The translations under genes were made by a program, and so were the position numbers. A stretch of 64,000 nt of DNA from an uncultured Gammaproteobacteria bacterium (lineage in GTDB: Bacteria > Pseudomonadota > Gammaproteobacteria > Steroidobacterales > Steroidobacteraceae). Shown here in pieces: positions 33,780 to 45,571 of this stretch. Each line of letters opens with the position of its first letter. Positions within the stretch are counted from its first letter, which is position 1. A model generated the notes under the pieces. The model made no database searches and had not been told where the DNA came from. It worked only from the letters and a program-made list of their open reading frames with translations. The stretch spans positions 667,971-731,970 of the forward strand of contig CAVZFF010000006.1 in the NCBI GenBank assembly GCA_963774475.1. Direction: 5' to 3'.

Positions 33780-36518
33780 ATGGCCGAGATCGCTCGCGAA
33801 ATATTGCCCGTCAATCTCGAAGACGAGATGCGCAAATCCTATTTGGATTACGCGATGAGCGTAATCATCGGACGCGCCTTGCCCGATGTACGCGATGGCT
33901 TGAAGCCCGTGCATCGGCGCGTGCTGTACGCGATGCGCGAACTCGGCAACGACTGGAACAAAGCCTATAAGAAGTCGGCACGCGTCGTTGGCGATGTCAT
34001 CGGCAAATACCACCCGCACGGCGATGCGTCCGTTTACGACGCCATTGTGCGCATGGCGCAGCCGTTTTCGATGCGCTATTTGCTGGTCGACGGACAGGGA
34101 AATTTCGGTTCGGTCGACGGCGATCCACCGGCGGCGATGCGCTATACCGAAGTGCGCATGTCGAAGATCGCGCAGGAGCTGCTCGCGGACATCGACAAGG
34201 AGACGGTCGACTTCGTTCCCAATTACGACGAGTCGGAGAGCGAGCCGTCGGTGTTGCCGACGCGCGTTCCGAACCTGCTGGTCAACGGCTCCTCGGGCAT
34301 AGCCGTCGGCATGGCGACCAATATACCGCCGCATAATTTGGGGGAAATCGTCAGCGCCTGCATCAGTATGATCGAGAACCCCGACATCACGCTGGCGCAG
34401 CTCATGCAAATCGTGCCCGGGCCCGATTTTCCGACCGCGGGATTCATCAACGGCGCACAGGAAATCGTCGCGGCCTACAAGACCGGACGCGGACGCCTGC
34501 ACGTGCGGGCGCGCACGCATTTCGAGGACGTGGGCAAGGCCGATCGCCAGGCGATCATCATCACGGAGCTGCCGTATCAGGTCAACAAAGCGCGGCTGAT
34601 CGAGCGCATCGCCGATCTGGTGCGCGAGAAGTTGATCGACGGCATCGCCTCGGACGGCCTGCGCGACGAGTCGGACAAGGACGGCATGCGCGTCGTCATC
34701 GAATTGAAGCGCGGCGAAGTGCCCGAAATATTATTGAACAATCTGTTTGCGCAGACTCCGATGGAAACGGTGTTCGGCGTCAACATGGTCGCTCTGGTCG
34801 ACGGGCAGCCGCGCCTGCTGTCGCTCAAGGAGATGCTCGACGCGTTTCTGCGGCACCGGCGCGAAATCGTCACGCGGCGCACGGTTTTTGAACTGCGCAA
34901 GGCGCGCGAGCGCGGTCATATCCTCGAGGGATTGGCTATCGCGCTCGCGAACATCGATGCAATCATTGCCGCGATCAAGGCCTCCGCTTCGCCCGCCGAT
35001 GCGAAAATCGCCTTGACGTCGCGTGCCTGGGGGGCGGGCGCCGTACCCGAGATGCTGGCTCGCGCCGGGTCGATCAGCACGCGGCCCGAAGGCGAGATCA
35101 GTCCGCTCGGAATCTTCGAGGGCGGTTACCGCCTGACCGACATACAGGCTCAGGCGATTCTGGAAATGCGTTTGAACCGGTTGACCGGCCTCGAGCAGGA
35201 CAAGATCGTCAGCGAATTCCAGGAGCTCTTGGTTCAAATTCGCGATCTGAACGACATCCTGGCGCGGCCTGAGCGGCTCATGACGGTCATTCGCCAAGAG
35301 CTCGAGATGATCCGCGACAATTTTGCCGACAAGCGGCGCACCGAGATCATCAGCAATCACGAGGATTTGACGATCGAGGATTTGATCACGCCGGAGGACG
35401 TCGTCGTTACCCTGTCGCACGGCGGCTATGCGAAGGCGCAGCCGGTCTCCGCGTATCAGGCGCAGCGGCGCGGCGGCCGCGGCAAAGCGGCCACCACGGT
35501 CAAGGACGAGGATTTCATCGACAAGCTGTTCGTCGCCAATACGCACGACACGCTGCTGTGTTTTTCGGACCACGGAAAGCTCTATTGGATGAAGGTCTAC
35601 CAATTGCCGCAGGCGAGCCGCGGCGCGCGCGGCAAGCCGATCGTCAATCTGCTGCCGTTGCAGGAAGGCGAGCGCATCAGCGCGATGCTCGCGATCAAGG
35701 AATTCGAGGAAGGCAAGTACGTCTTCATGGCGACGAGTTTCGGGACCGTCAAGAAGACCCCGCTCGCGCTGTTTTCGCGCCCGCGCGCCAATGGAATCAT
35801 CGCAGTCGCCCTCGACGAGGGCGACAAGCTGGTCGGCGCCGCGGTCACTGACGGTACTCGCGATATCCTGCTGTTTACGACCGGCGGCAAGTCGATTCGG
35901 TTCGTCGAGGACGAAGTGCGCCCGATGGGCCGCGAGGCCGCCGGAGTGCGCGGCGTTCGCCTCAGCGACGATCAGCGCGTCAATGCGCTCATCGTGGCCG
36001 ACCAGGGCTTTATCTTGACCGCTTCGGAAAACGGCTACGGCAAACTCACGCCGCTCGAAGACTTTCCTCGACACGGCCGCGGCGGCCAGGGCGTCATTGC
36101 TCTGCAGGTGACGGACCGCAACGGACGCATGGTCGGTGCGCTGCAAGTGAGCCTCGACGACGAAATAATGCTCATGAGCCAGGGAGGCGCTTTGGTGCGC
36201 ACACCGGTTAAGGATATTTCAGTCGTGGGGCGCAACACGCAGGGTGTGCGCTTGATCCGCCTCGAGGAGGGCGATCAACTGACGGGCCTCGAACGCATCG
36301 ACGGTCTGGTCGTCGAGGACGGGGCTGCCGACGAAGGCGGCGAGGGCGGCGAGGGCAACGCCACCGGCGAGGGCAACGGCACCGGCGAGGGCAACGGCAC
36401 CGGCGAGGGCAACGGCACCGGCGAGGGCAACGGCACCGGCGAGGGCAACGGCACCGGCGAGGGCAACGCGGTCGGCGGCGCCGAGGCCGCGGACGATGGT
36501 CCGGGTTCCGAGCCCTAG
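33780..36518 (+). CDS. gyrA: DNA gyrase subunit A
   Basis: QRDR region [24 protein letters not shown], active-site Tyr context (AAMRYTE), beta-pinwheel CTD, repeat tail. Confidence 0.97.
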   Translation: MAEIAREILPVNLEDEMRKSYLDYAMSVIIGRALPDVRDGLKPVHRRVLYAMRELGNDWNKAYKKSARVVGDVIGKYHPHGDASVYDAIVRMAQPFSMRYLLVDGQGNFGSVDGDPPAAMRYTEVRMSKIAQELLADIDKETVDFVPNYDESESEPSVLPTRVPNLLVNGSSGIAVGMATNIPPHNLGEIVSACISMIENPDITLAQLMQIVPGPDFPTAGFINGAQEIVAAYKTGRGRLHVRARTHFEDVGKADRQAIIITELPYQVNKARLIERIADLVREKLIDGIASDGLRDESDKDGMRVVIELKRGEVPEILLNNLFAQTPMETVFGVNMVALVDGQPRLLSLKEMLDAFLRHRREIVTRRTVFELRKARERGHILEGLAIALANIDAIIAAIKASASPADAKIALTSRAWGAGAVPEMLARAGSISTRPEGEISPLGIFEGGYRLTDIQAQAILEMRLNRLTGLEQDKIVSEFQELLVQIRDLNDILARPERLMTVIRQELEMIRDNFADKRRTEIISNHEDLTIEDLITPEDVVVTLSHGGYAKAQPVSAYQAQRRGGRGKAATTVKDEDFIDKLFVANTHDTLLCFSDHGKLYWMKVYQLPQASRGARGKPIVNLLPLQEGERISAMLAIKEFEEGKYVFMATSFGTVKKTPLALFSRPRANGIIAVALDEGDKLVGAAVTDGTRDILLFTTGGKSIRFVEDEVRPMGREAAGVRGVRLSDDQRVNALIVADQGFILTASENGYGKLTPLEDFPRHGRGGQGVIALQVTDRNGRMVGALQVSLDDEIMLMSQGGALVRTPVKDISVVGRNTQGVRLIRLEEGDQLTGLERIDGLVVEDGAADEGGEGGEGNATGEGNGTGEGNGTGEGNGTGEGNGTGEGNGTGEGNAVGGAEAADDGPGSEP
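36348..36473 (+). repeat. 7 x 18-bp in-frame tandem repeat (GEGNGT hexapeptides) in the gyrA 3' tail
   Basis: GGCGAGGGCAACGGCACC is repeated head-to-tail. Five identical central copies are flanked by variant copies. Confidence 0.9.
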
Positions 36519-36546
36519 CGGCCCTAAGGGAGCGCTCGGGGACGCC

Positions 36547-37629
36547 ATGCCTGTTTTCAATTTTTCCCCGGGTCCCGCGGCGCTGCCCACCGAGGTGATG
36601 GCGCAGGCGCGCGATGAATTCATCGATTGGCACGGCAGCGGCATGTCGGTCATGGAGATCAGTCATCGCGGCAAGGCCTTCATGCGCGTCGCCGCCGAGG
36701 CCGAAGCGGATTTGCGCGATTTGCTCGCCATCCCGACCAACTACAAGGTGCTATTCATGCAAGGCGGCGCCAGTGCGCAGTTCGCCATCGTGCCCTTGAA
36801 TTTGAGCGGCTCGGATTCGACCGTCGATTACATCGATACGGGACATTGGTCGCGCAAAGCCATACTCGAGGCGCGACGCTACTGCACGGTCAACGTCGCG
36901 GCCGATGCCGGCGGCAATTACACGACGGTTCCACCGCAATCCGCGCTGCGGCTCGAGCATCACGCCGCTTACGTCCACTACACGCCCAATGAAACCATCG
37001 GAGGGGTCGAGTTCGGCTATGTGCCCGACACGGGACGCGTGCCGCTGGTCGCCGACATGTCCTCGAATATCTTGTCGCGCCCGCTCGACGTCTCGAAATT
37101 CGGTCTTATCTATGCGGGCGCCCAAAAGAACATCGCGCCGTCCGGTTTGGTGGTCGTCATCGTGCGCGAGGATTTGGTCGGTTGGTCGCGGCCGGCCACG
37201 CCGACCGTCTTCGACTACAAACAGATTGCCGACGAAGGCTCGATGCTCAACACGCCGCCGACGTTTGCGTGGTACATGGCCGGCCTCGTCTTCAAATGGC
37301 TGAAAAAGCAAGGCGGACTAGCTGCCATGGGCGAGCGAAATCGCCGCAAGGCCGAGATGCTGTATGCGGCGATCGACGCGTCCGATCTGTATCGCAATCC
37401 GGTCGCCCGGGACGCGAGATCCACGATGAACGTGACCTTCACGCTGCGCGATCCGAGCTTGGACTCCGTGTTCCTGGAACAAGCCGAAGCCGCCGGCTTG
37501 AAGAATCTAAAAGGTCATCGTGCGGTCGGCGGGATGCGCGCGAGCCTCTACAACTCGATGCCGCTCGCGGGCGTCGAGACGCTCGTCGACTTCATGCGCG
37601 AGTTTGAGCGCAAACATCCTCGAGGATGA
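36547..37629 (+). CDS. serC: Phosphoserine aminotransferase
   Basis: Internal ATG of track ORF 36496. [21 protein letters not shown] (PLP Lys). Confidence 0.93.
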   Translation: MPVFNFSPGPAALPTEVMAQARDEFIDWHGSGMSVMEISHRGKAFMRVAAEAEADLRDLLAIPTNYKVLFMQGGASAQFAIVPLNLSGSDSTVDYIDTGHWSRKAILEARRYCTVNVAADAGGNYTTVPPQSALRLEHHAAYVHYTPNETIGGVEFGYVPDTGRVPLVADMSSNILSRPLDVSKFGLIYAGAQKNIAPSGLVVVIVREDLVGWSRPATPTVFDYKQIADEGSMLNTPPTFAWYMAGLVFKWLKKQGGLAAMGERNRRKAEMLYAAIDASDLYRNPVARDARSTMNVTFTLRDPSLDSVFLEQAEAAGLKNLKGHRAVGGMRASLYNSMPLAGVETLVDFMREFERKHPRG

Positions 37630-38786
37630 CCATGGCCAAAGGGAAGAAAAAAACGGCACGAGTCGACAAGGCCGATCAGGCCAAACCGGGCGCACAGCCC
37701 AGCGGCGTCGATCTGGGATCGATACGCGAAAGCATCGACGACATCGACGCGCGCATTCAGGGCTTGCTCAGCGAGCGCGCGCGCTTTGCGCAGCTCGTCG
37801 GCATTTCCAAGACGGCCGGCGGCAAGGCCGTGGACTTCTATCGACCCGAGCGCGAAGCGCAGGTGCTGCGCAAGGTCTTGAAGCGCAATGAAGGCCCGCT
37901 GCGCGACGAGGAAGTCGTGCGCCTGTTCCGGGAAATCATGTCGGCCTGTCTCGCTCAGCAGGAGCCGCTGAAGGTCGCATTCCTCGGGCCGGAAGGAACC
38001 TTCACGCAGGCTGCGGTGCTCAAACAGTTCGGCGCCTCGGTGCGTGCGCTGCCGCTGCCGGCGATCGACGAGGTGTTTCACGAGGTCGAGGGCGGCATTG
38101 CCGATTTCGGCGTCGTACCGATCGAGAATTCCAGCGAAGGCACGGTCAATCACACGCTCGACATGTTCTTGGGTTCCGGCTTGAAAATTTGCGGTGAAGT
38201 GGAATTGCGCATCAACCATCATTTGATGGGGCGCATGACCGGCCTGGCCGCCGTCAAGCGCGTCTGCGCGCATCCCCAGGCACTCGCGCAGTGCCGCGGT
38301 TGGCTCGATGACCAGCTGCCGGACGTGGATCGCGTGCCGGTATCGAGCAACGCCGAGGGCGCTCGGCGGGCGCGCGACGAGCGCGATACCGCGGCAATCG
38401 CGGGCCGCGCGGCCGCCGAAATCTACGGCCTGCACTTGCTCGCCAGTGATATCGAGGACCGCCCCGACAACACGACGCGATTTCTCGTCATAGGACGCAA
38501 ACTGTTCAGCGCCAGCGGCATCGATAAAACCACGCTGCTGGTGTCGGCGCGAGATACCGACGGCGCGGGCGCTTTATTCAGGCTATTGGAGCCGCTCGCG
38601 GAGCATCAGGTCAACATGACACGGATCGAGTCGCGCCCTTCGCGCAAGCGCAAGTGGGACTATGTATTCTTCATCGACATCGAGGGGCACGTCAGCGACC
38701 CGGCGGTCGCCGAGGCGCTGGCCGCGCTCGAAAAGCGCGCCTCGCTTTTCAAGGTGCTCGGCTCTTATCCGCGCGCGGTGCTCTGA
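37626..38786 (+). CDS. pheA: Chorismate mutase / prephenate dehydratase (P-protein)
   Basis: CM domain ([19 protein letters not shown]), PDT domain ([12 protein letters not shown]), ACT domain with ESRPS motif ([10 protein letters not shown]). Confidence 0.92.
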   Translation: MTMAKGKKKTARVDKADQAKPGAQPSGVDLGSIRESIDDIDARIQGLLSERARFAQLVGISKTAGGKAVDFYRPEREAQVLRKVLKRNEGPLRDEEVVRLFREIMSACLAQQEPLKVAFLGPEGTFTQAAVLKQFGASVRALPLPAIDEVFHEVEGGIADFGVVPIENSSEGTVNHTLDMFLGSGLKICGEVELRINHHLMGRMTGLAAVKRVCAHPQALAQCRGWLDDQLPDVDRVPVSSNAEGARRARDERDTAAIAGRAAAEIYGLHLLASDIEDRPDNTTRFLVIGRKLFSASGIDKTTLLVSARDTDGAGALFRLLEPLAEHQVNMTRIESRPSRKRKWDYVFFIDIEGHVSDPAVAEALAALEKRASLFKVLGSYPRAVL

Positions 38787-40099
38787 TGAGCGCCTATGAG
38801 GCGAATCCGGTGCGCGCCGTCGGGGGCGATCTGGCCGTGCCCGGAGATAAATCGATCTCGCACCGGTCGCTGATGTTGTCCGGCATCGCCACCGGCCGCA
38901 GCGAAGTGACCGGATTTCTGCCTAGCGAGGATTGTCTCGCGAGCATGGGCGCGATGCGCGCCCTCGGCGTCGGGATCGAACAGCCCAGCGCAACCCACGT
39001 GATCGTGCATGGTGTCGGATTGCGGGGGCTGCGCCCGGCGCAGCACGCGCTCGACATGGGCAATGCGGGCACGGCGATGCGCCTGTTCACGGGCTTGTTG
39101 GCCGCGCAGGCATTCGACTCCGAGCTCATTGGCGATGCGTCCTTGATGAAGCGCCCGATGGAGCGGGTCGCCAAGCCGCTACGCGAGATGGGCGCCGACG
39201 TGCGCACCACCGGCGGCACGCCGCCGGTCCGGATCCAGGGCGGCCGCCGTTTGCGCGGCATCGAATATCGGATGCCGGTCGCGAGCGCCCAAGTCAAGTC
39301 GGCGATCCTGCTCGCCGGCCTTTACGCCGACGGCGTCACGACCGTGATTTCACCGGCGATCTGCCGCGATCACAGCGAGCGCATGCTCGCGAGTTTCGGC
39401 GTGCGCGTCGATGTAGAGGATTTGAGCGTCAGCCTGCACCCGCCGCAGCAGTTGCAGGGCCAGCATCTGCAGGTTCCCGGGGATTTCTCGTCGGCCGCTT
39501 TTTTTATCGTTGCCGGGCTCATCGGAGCCGGTGCCGATGGCCTGCTGATCCGCAATGTCGGATTGAACCCGTCGCGCATCGGCTTGCTCGAGATCCTGCG
39601 TGCCATGGGCGGCAAAATCGAAGTGCTGGATCCCCGCCGAAGCGGCGCCGAGCCGGTCGCCGATTTGCGTGTTCATGCCTCGCAGCTGCGCGGCATCGAG
39701 GTCCCGCCGGTACTGGTGCCGCTGTCCATCGATGAATTTCCGGTCTTGTTCATCGCCGCCTGCTGCGCGAGCGGCGATACTCTGGTTACCGGCGCCGAGG
39801 AGCTACGCGTCAAGGAGAGCGACCGCATCGCGGCCATGAGCGCGGGCTTGCAGGCGCTCGGCGTCGAACATACCGTGCTGCCCGACGGTATGCGGATCAC
39901 CGGGAGGGGCGCCGGAGCGGCCTTTGGGGGCGGCGAGGTCGACAGTTGCGGCGACCACCGCGTCGCGATGTCCTTCAGCATCGCAAGCCTGCGGGCCGCC
40001 GGGCCGATCCGCATCCGCGATGTCGCCAATGTGGCCACCTCGTTCCCTGGCTTCGTCGCGCTGGCCCGCGGCGTGGGGTTCGACCTGCATGAGCGCTGA
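38786..40099 (+). CDS. aroA: 3-phosphoshikimate 1-carboxyvinyltransferase (EPSP synthase)
   Basis: ATG 38786 shares 1 nt with the pheA stop (TGATG). PGDKSISHR, LDMGNAGTAMR, LRVKESDR. Confidence 0.93.
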   Translation: MSAYEANPVRAVGGDLAVPGDKSISHRSLMLSGIATGRSEVTGFLPSEDCLASMGAMRALGVGIEQPSATHVIVHGVGLRGLRPAQHALDMGNAGTAMRLFTGLLAAQAFDSELIGDASLMKRPMERVAKPLREMGADVRTTGGTPPVRIQGGRRLRGIEYRMPVASAQVKSAILLAGLYADGVTTVISPAICRDHSERMLASFGVRVDVEDLSVSLHPPQQLQGQHLQVPGDFSSAAFFIVAGLIGAGADGLLIRNVGLNPSRIGLLEILRAMGGKIEVLDPRRSGAEPVADLRVHASQLRGIEVPPVLVPLSIDEFPVLFIAACCASGDTLVTGAEELRVKESDRIAAMSAGLQALGVEHTVLPDGMRITGRGAGAAFGGGEVDSCGDHRVAMSFSIASLRAAGPIRIRDVANVATSFPGFVALARGVGFDLHER

Positions 40100-40775
40100 A
40101 CTTGTCATAACGATCGACGGCCCCTCGGGTTCCGGCAAGGGAACGGTGGCTCGTGCGGTCGCCCGGCGCCTCGGCTGGGCGCTGCTCGATAGTGGTGCGC
40201 TTTATCGATTGGTCGCCCTGGCCGGGCACCAGGCGGGAATCGACCTCGGCGACGCCCAGCGGCTCGCCGAGCTCGCATTGGGCCTGGATATCCATTTTGG
40301 GTCGAGTGAGGCCAGCGAGGAGAGGATTTGGCTTGCCGGGGAGGACGTGACGGCCGCGATACGCAGCGAAGCGGCCGGCAACGACGCCTCAAAAGTCGCC
40401 GCCCTGCCTGCCGTGCGCGCCGCGCTCTTGGACCGCCAACGGCGATTTGCGGTTGCGCCCGGTCTGGTGGCCGACGGGCGCGACATGGGGACCGTGGTAT
40501 TCCCCTCGGCGAAGCTCAAGATTTTCCTGACCGCAAGCGCCGAAGAACGGGCCGTCAGAAGGTATAAGCAGTTGAAAGAAAAGGGGGTTACTGCTAACCT
40601 TGCCGCCCTTTCGCTGGAGATAGCGGAACGCGACCGTCGCGATACGACGCGTGCCGTTTCACCTCTAGTCGCAAGCGCCGATGCGGTTCTGCTCGATACG
40701 ACGGGCTTGCCCGTCGCTGCCGTGGTGGAGCGCGTGCTGGAAATAGTCCGCGAGCGTCAGATTGTTAAGATTTAG
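40089..40775 (+). CDS. cmk: Cytidylate kinase
   Basis: ITIDGPSGSGKGTV P-loop. Overlaps the aroA end by 11 nt. Confidence 0.93.
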   Translation: MSAELVITIDGPSGSGKGTVARAVARRLGWALLDSGALYRLVALAGHQAGIDLGDAQRLAELALGLDIHFGSSEASEERIWLAGEDVTAAIRSEAAGNDASKVAALPAVRAALLDRQRRFAVAPGLVADGRDMGTVVFPSAKLKIFLTASAEERAVRRYKQLKEKGVTANLAALSLEIAERDRRDTTRAVSPLVASADAVLLDTTGLPVAAVVERVLEIVRERQIVKI

Positions 40776-40885
40776 GTTGCGGCTTTCTAAGGATTGGATG
40801 CCGTATTTTTTGGTCAACCCCTAAGGCACACGGGACCCGTGCGAGGGAATATATCGAGCCAGCATAGGCTCGCACTAGAGAAAAC

Positions 40886-42556
40886 ATGACAGAAAGTTTT
40901 GCGGAACTGTTTGAACAGAGCATCGCCAGCCAGCGAATACGCCCCGGTACCATCCTCAATGGTTTGATCGTCGAAGTCGGCCAAGACTACGTCATCGTCA
41001 ACGTCGGACTGAAGTCCGAAGCGGTCATACCGTCGGACCAATTCAAAAACGAAAAAGGTGAGATCGAGGTAGCCGTCGGCGAAACCGTCGAAGTGGCTCT
41101 CGATAGCGTCGAGGACGGCTCCGGCGAGACGCGTCTATCGCGCGAGAAGGCGAAGCGCGCGCGCACCTGGACCCGTCTGGAAACGGCATTCGAAAAGCAG
41201 GAAATCGTGATCGGTATCATCACTGGCCGAGTCAAGGGCGGCTTTACCGTCGAAGTCGACAATGTACGCGCGTTTCTGCCGGGTTCCTTGGTCGACGTGC
41301 GCCCGGTCCGGGATCCGTCGTATCTGGAAAACAAGCCGCTCGAATTCAAAGTCATCAAGCTCGATCAAAAGCGCAACAACGTCGTGGTTTCGCGCCGCGC
41401 GGTGGTTGAACAAGAATACAGCGCAGAGCGTTCCGCTCTGCTCGACAATCTGCAGGAAGGCGCAGCCGTCAAAGGCGTCGTCAAGAATCTTACCGACTAC
41501 GGTGCGTTCGTCGACCTCGGCGGCATCGACGGGCTGTTGCACATCACCGATATGGCGTGGAAACGCGTCAAGCACCCCTCCGAAGTCGTCAAGGTCGGCG
41601 AAGAGATCGACGTGCGGATCCTCAAGTTCGATCGCGAACGGCAGCGCGTCTCCTTGGGATTGAAGCAGTTGGGCTCCGATCCCTGGCAGAACATCGCGCG
41701 CCGTTATCCGGCGAACACCCGCCTGTTCGGCAAGGTCACGAACATCGCCGATTACGGCTGCTTCGTCGAAATCGAAGAGGGCGTGGAAGGCCTCGTGCAT
41801 GTCTCCGAGATGGATTGGACCAACAAGAACGTCAACCCGGCCAAGGTGGTTCACGTCGGTCAGGAAGTCGAAGTCATGGTGCTCGACATCGACGAGGAGC
41901 GTCGTCGCATCAGCCTCGGCGTGAAGCAATGCAAGGCCAATCCGTGGAAGGAATTCGCGGACAACTACAATCGCGGCGACAAGGTCGGCGGTCAGATCAA
42001 GTCGATCACCGATTTCGGGATCTTCATCGGACTCGCGGGCGGCATCGACGGTTTGGTGCATCTGTCGGATATCTCCTGGGATATGCCGGGCGAAGAGGCC
42101 GTGCGCAGCTATCAAAAGGGGCAGCAGGTCGACGCGATGGTTCTGTCGATCGATCCGGAACGCGAGCGCATCAGTTTGGGAATCAAGCAGCTCGCCAAGG
42201 ATCCGTTCTCGGCCTATATCGCCGAGCACCCCAAGGGCACGATCGTGCGCGGCACCGTGCGCGAAGTGGACGCAAAGGGCGCGATCATCGATCTCGGCAA
42301 CGGCGTCGACGGTCAGTTGCGGGCTTCGGAGCTGTCGCGAGATCGAGTCGAAGACGCCCGTCTGCTGCTGAAAGTGGGCGAGGAGGTCGAGGCGAAATTC
42401 ACCGGCGTGGATCGCAAGGGCCGCAGCATCTCGCTATCGATCAAAGCGAAGGACATTCACGAGGAACAGGAGGCCATGCAGAATTACCGGACGGATTCCC
42501 CGACCGGTACGAGTCTCGGTGACCTGCTCAAAGAACAAATTTCAGGTCAGGACTGA
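40886..42556 (+). CDS. rpsA: 30S ribosomal protein S1
   Basis: [12 protein letters not shown] start and six S1 repeats. Confidence 0.97.
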   Translation: MTESFAELFEQSIASQRIRPGTILNGLIVEVGQDYVIVNVGLKSEAVIPSDQFKNEKGEIEVAVGETVEVALDSVEDGSGETRLSREKAKRARTWTRLETAFEKQEIVIGIITGRVKGGFTVEVDNVRAFLPGSLVDVRPVRDPSYLENKPLEFKVIKLDQKRNNVVVSRRAVVEQEYSAERSALLDNLQEGAAVKGVVKNLTDYGAFVDLGGIDGLLHITDMAWKRVKHPSEVVKVGEEIDVRILKFDRERQRVSLGLKQLGSDPWQNIARRYPANTRLFGKVTNIADYGCFVEIEEGVEGLVHVSEMDWTNKNVNPAKVVHVGQEVEVMVLDIDEERRRISLGVKQCKANPWKEFADNYNRGDKVGGQIKSITDFGIFIGLAGGIDGLVHLSDISWDMPGEEAVRSYQKGQQVDAMVLSIDPERERISLGIKQLAKDPFSAYIAEHPKGTIVRGTVREVDAKGAIIDLGNGVDGQLRASELSRDRVEDARLLLKVGEEVEAKFTGVDRKGRSISLSIKAKDIHEEQEAMQNYRTDSPTGTSLGDLLKEQISGQD

Positions 42557-42633
42557 GGAATCAAATGTATGCGCAGCGGCGGCCCGCTGCGCATGCGCGG
42601 CCCACTATGATTAGTGATTCTCACGGATCGATA

Positions 42634-42936
42634 ATGACGAAATCGGAACTCATTGAGATCATTTCGGCTAAGCAAAAGCATTTGCCGGCGAAGGATGTCG
42701 AGCTCGCCGTCAAGCAGTTGCTGGAAATCATGAGCGATGCGCTCGCGACCGGGGAGCGCATAGAGATTCGGGGATTCGGGAGTTTTTCCCTGCATTTCCG
42801 TCCGCCGCGGCAAGGCCGCAATCCGAAGACCGGCGAGGCCGTAGCGCTGGCGGGTAAGCACGTGCCGCATTTCAAGCCGGGCAAAGACCTGCGCGAGCGC
42901 GTCAACGACGGCGCAGGTCAACCGATCCGCGATTGA
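42634..42936 (+). CDS. ihfB: Integration host factor subunit beta
   Basis: MTKSELIE..., [27 protein letters not shown], nearly colinear with E. coli IhfB. Confidence 0.95.
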   Translation: MTKSELIEIISAKQKHLPAKDVELAVKQLLEIMSDALATGERIEIRGFGSFSLHFRPPRQGRNPKTGEAVALAGKHVPHFKPGKDLRERVNDGAGQPIRD

Positions 42937-42979
42937 ACGTCGATTTTTTGGACTGCACTCCAAGGCTGACGATTCATCC

Positions 42980-43864
42980 ATGTCGAAAATTCCGGTCAAG
43001 ACAGTAGTATTTCCGGTCGCCGGACGCGGTACGAGATTCCTTCCAGCGACCAAGGCGAGTCCGAAGGAGATGCTGCCGATCGTCGACAAGCCGCTGATCC
43101 AATATGCGGTCGACGAAGCGCTTAGCGCAGGCGCCGAGACGCTCGTGTTCATCACCGGCAGCTCCAAACGCGCGATCGAGGACCATTTCGATACCAACGT
43201 GGAACTCGAGACCATGCTGCAGGCGCAGGGCAAGCTCGAGTTGCTCGACGCCCTGCGCGGCATCCTGCCGAGTTGGGCCACCTGCGTGTACATTCGCCAG
43301 CCGGCACCCTTGGGTCTGGGTCACGCGGTATTGTGTGCGCGCCCGGTCGTCGGCGATGCGCCGTTCATGGTGCACCTCGCCGACGACTTGATCGACGCGT
43401 CCGTGCCCTGCCTCAAGCAAATGGTGGACGTGTTTCACGCGCATGGCGGCAGCGTGCTCGGTGTCCAGAACGTTCCGTCGCACGATACCGATAAATACGG
43501 CATCGTCTCGCTCGAGCGCAAGGTATCCGCGCGCGTCGGCAAGATGTCGCACATCGTCGAGAAGCCGAAGCCCGCTGCCGCGCCGTCGAATTTGGCCGTG
43601 GTCGGGCGCTATTTGCTGTCGGCGTCGATTTTCGACGAATTGGCCCACATCGGCGCGGGCGCCGGCGGGGAGATTCAGCTGACCGACGGCATTGCGCGCT
43701 TGATGTTGCGTCAACCCGTGTACGCGTTCGAGTTCGAAGGCAAGCGCTATGACTGCGGCAACAAGCTGGGCTACCTTCAGGCCACCGTCGAATACGCACT
43801 CAAGCACTCGAGCCTGGGATCGGACTTCGAGGCCTACCTCAAAGAGTTCGTCGCGACCCTATGA
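42980..43864 (+). CDS. galU: UTP--glucose-1-phosphate uridylyltransferase
   Basis: [38 protein letters not shown]. Confidence 0.93.
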   Translation: MSKIPVKTVVFPVAGRGTRFLPATKASPKEMLPIVDKPLIQYAVDEALSAGAETLVFITGSSKRAIEDHFDTNVELETMLQAQGKLELLDALRGILPSWATCVYIRQPAPLGLGHAVLCARPVVGDAPFMVHLADDLIDASVPCLKQMVDVFHAHGGSVLGVQNVPSHDTDKYGIVSLERKVSARVGKMSHIVEKPKPAAAPSNLAVVGRYLLSASIFDELAHIGAGAGGEIQLTDGIARLMLRQPVYAFEFEGKRYDCGNKLGYLQATVEYALKHSSLGSDFEAYLKEFVATL

Positions 43865-43869
43865 GGAAA

Positions 43870-43897
43870 AGCGTGCGCGCGCCGTCGCGCGCACGCT
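43870..43897. terminator. Bidirectional terminator between convergent galU and rhlE
   Basis: AGCGTGCGCGC-GCCGTC-GCGCGCACGCT, 11-bp perfect stem flanked by AAAA on the plus strand (a T-tract for the minus-strand transcript). Confidence 0.65.
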
Positions 43898-43907
43898 GAT
43901 TTCGCCA

Positions 43908-45218
43908 TCAATACGAGCGGCCGCGCTGCTGCCCACCGCTATGACGCGAGTTCGATGAGTGAGCCGACGGGCGGCGTGAATCACGCCGCTCCGTGCTGCC
44001 GCCCGAACTGCGCGAGGCGCCCTGGTGATATCCGCCGCGGCTTTGCCCTTGGGCGGGGCGCGCCGCGGGTGCCGGCGTCGATTCCACGATGTTGAAAGTC
44101 GGCGTCGGAAATACCGGAATACTGCGCCGCAGTACGCGTTCGATGTCGCGCAAGAATCCCGTCTCGTCCGAAGACACCAGCGACACGGCTTCGCCGCCGG
44201 CGCCGGCGCGCCCCGTGCGGCCGATGCGATGCACGTAGTCCTCGGGAATGTTCGGCAGCTCGTAGTTGACGACGTGCGGCAGCTCCTTGATGTCGAGGCC
44301 GCGGGCCGCAACCTCGGTGGCGACCAGCACGGTGATTTGGCCCTTTTTGAACATATCGAGCGCCTTGACGCGCGCCGCTTGGCTCTTGTTGCCGTGGATC
44401 GCCAAGGCTTTGATGCCGGCGCCTTCCAACTGTTGCGTGAGGCGGTTCGCGCCATGCTTGGTGCGCGTGAACACCAGCACCTGATGCCATTGACCCTCCT
44501 GGATCAAATGGATCAACAGATGCCGCTTCTGTTCTTTCTGGACGCGATAGGCGCGTTGTTCGACGATTTCGATGACCGCGTTACGCGGCGACACCTGAAT
44601 CGACAGCGGATTGTGCAACAGTCGCTCGGCAAGGCCACGGATATCGTCGGAGTAGGTGGCGGAAAACAGCAGATTCTGACGTTGTTGCGGCAATAACTTG
44701 ATGATGCGGCGAATATCCGGAATGAAGCCCATGTCGAGCATGCGATCGGCCTCGTCGAGCACGAGTACCTGGACCTTCGACAGATCGACCGCGCGTTGCT
44801 GCGCGAGATCGAGAAGGCGACCGGGAGTCGCAACCAAAATATCGCAGCCGCTTCGCAAGGCGCTGATCTGCGGATTGATGCTGACTCCGCCGAATACCTG
44901 GAAGGTGCGCAATTGCAAATACTTGCCGTAGCTGCGCGCGCTCTCGGCTACCTGAGCGGCCAATTCACGGGTCGGCGTCAGCACCAGAGCACGCGGCGAT
45001 CGGCTCGTGCCGTGATTCGAATCGGCGTTCAGCCGCTGCAGAATCGGCAACACGAAACCTGCGGTTTTGCCCGTGCCGGTTTGCGCACCGGCCAACACGT
45101 CACGGCCGGATAAGACGGCGGGAATGGCTTGCAATTGAATCGGAGACGCGGTGTCGTAGCCCTTATCGGCAACAGCACGCAGCAATTCGGGCAATAGCCC
45201 GAGATCGGAAAATGACAT
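43908..45218 (-). CDS. rhlE: ATP-dependent DEAD-box RNA helicase (RhlE-like)
   Basis: Q-motif (GYDTASPIQ), [25 protein letters not shown], basic C-terminal tail. Confidence 0.9.
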   Translation of the reverse strand: MSFSDLGLLPELLRAVADKGYDTASPIQLQAIPAVLSGRDVLAGAQTGTGKTAGFVLPILQRLNADSNHGTSRSPRALVLTPTRELAAQVAESARSYGKYLQLRTFQVFGGVSINPQISALRSGCDILVATPGRLLDLAQQRAVDLSKVQVLVLDEADRMLDMGFIPDIRRIIKLLPQQRQNLLFSATYSDDIRGLAERLLHNPLSIQVSPRNAVIEIVEQRAYRVQKEQKRHLLIHLIQEGQWHQVLVFTRTKHGANRLTQQLEGAGIKALAIHGNKSQAARVKALDMFKKGQITVLVATEVAARGLDIKELPHVVNYELPNIPEDYVHRIGRTGRAGAGGEAVSLVSSDETGFLRDIERVLRRSIPVFPTPTFNIVESTPAPAARPAQGQSRGGYHQGASRSSGGSTERRDSRRPSAHSSNSRHSGGQQRGRSY

Positions 45219-45571
45219 AAAAAATCCTTAAACTTAGATTTGGACTCGCACGACAGGGCGTTTTTGGCTCTGCAGCGGTCAGCAGCGAGGGGGAGTATCA
45301 AACGAAGTGCGTCAAGGACGGACCGCGAGCAGGAGGTGGTACTGACCGAGTACCGACCTAATTAGCTAGCCGATGATAGTACAGGGTCGCGGTCCTGGCG
45401 TCCAGTCGACGCCGGGGAACCTGGACTTACGTCGCTATTTCGAGTTGAAATGCCGCCGTCGCGGCGCGTCGACGTTGCCGCGCGCTGCCGTCATCGCGCG
45501 CCCATCCGGGTGCGCGGAATTCAGAGTCGAAGCATGCAGGGAGGCGGATCCTGAACAAGAGCGCCGGATTG

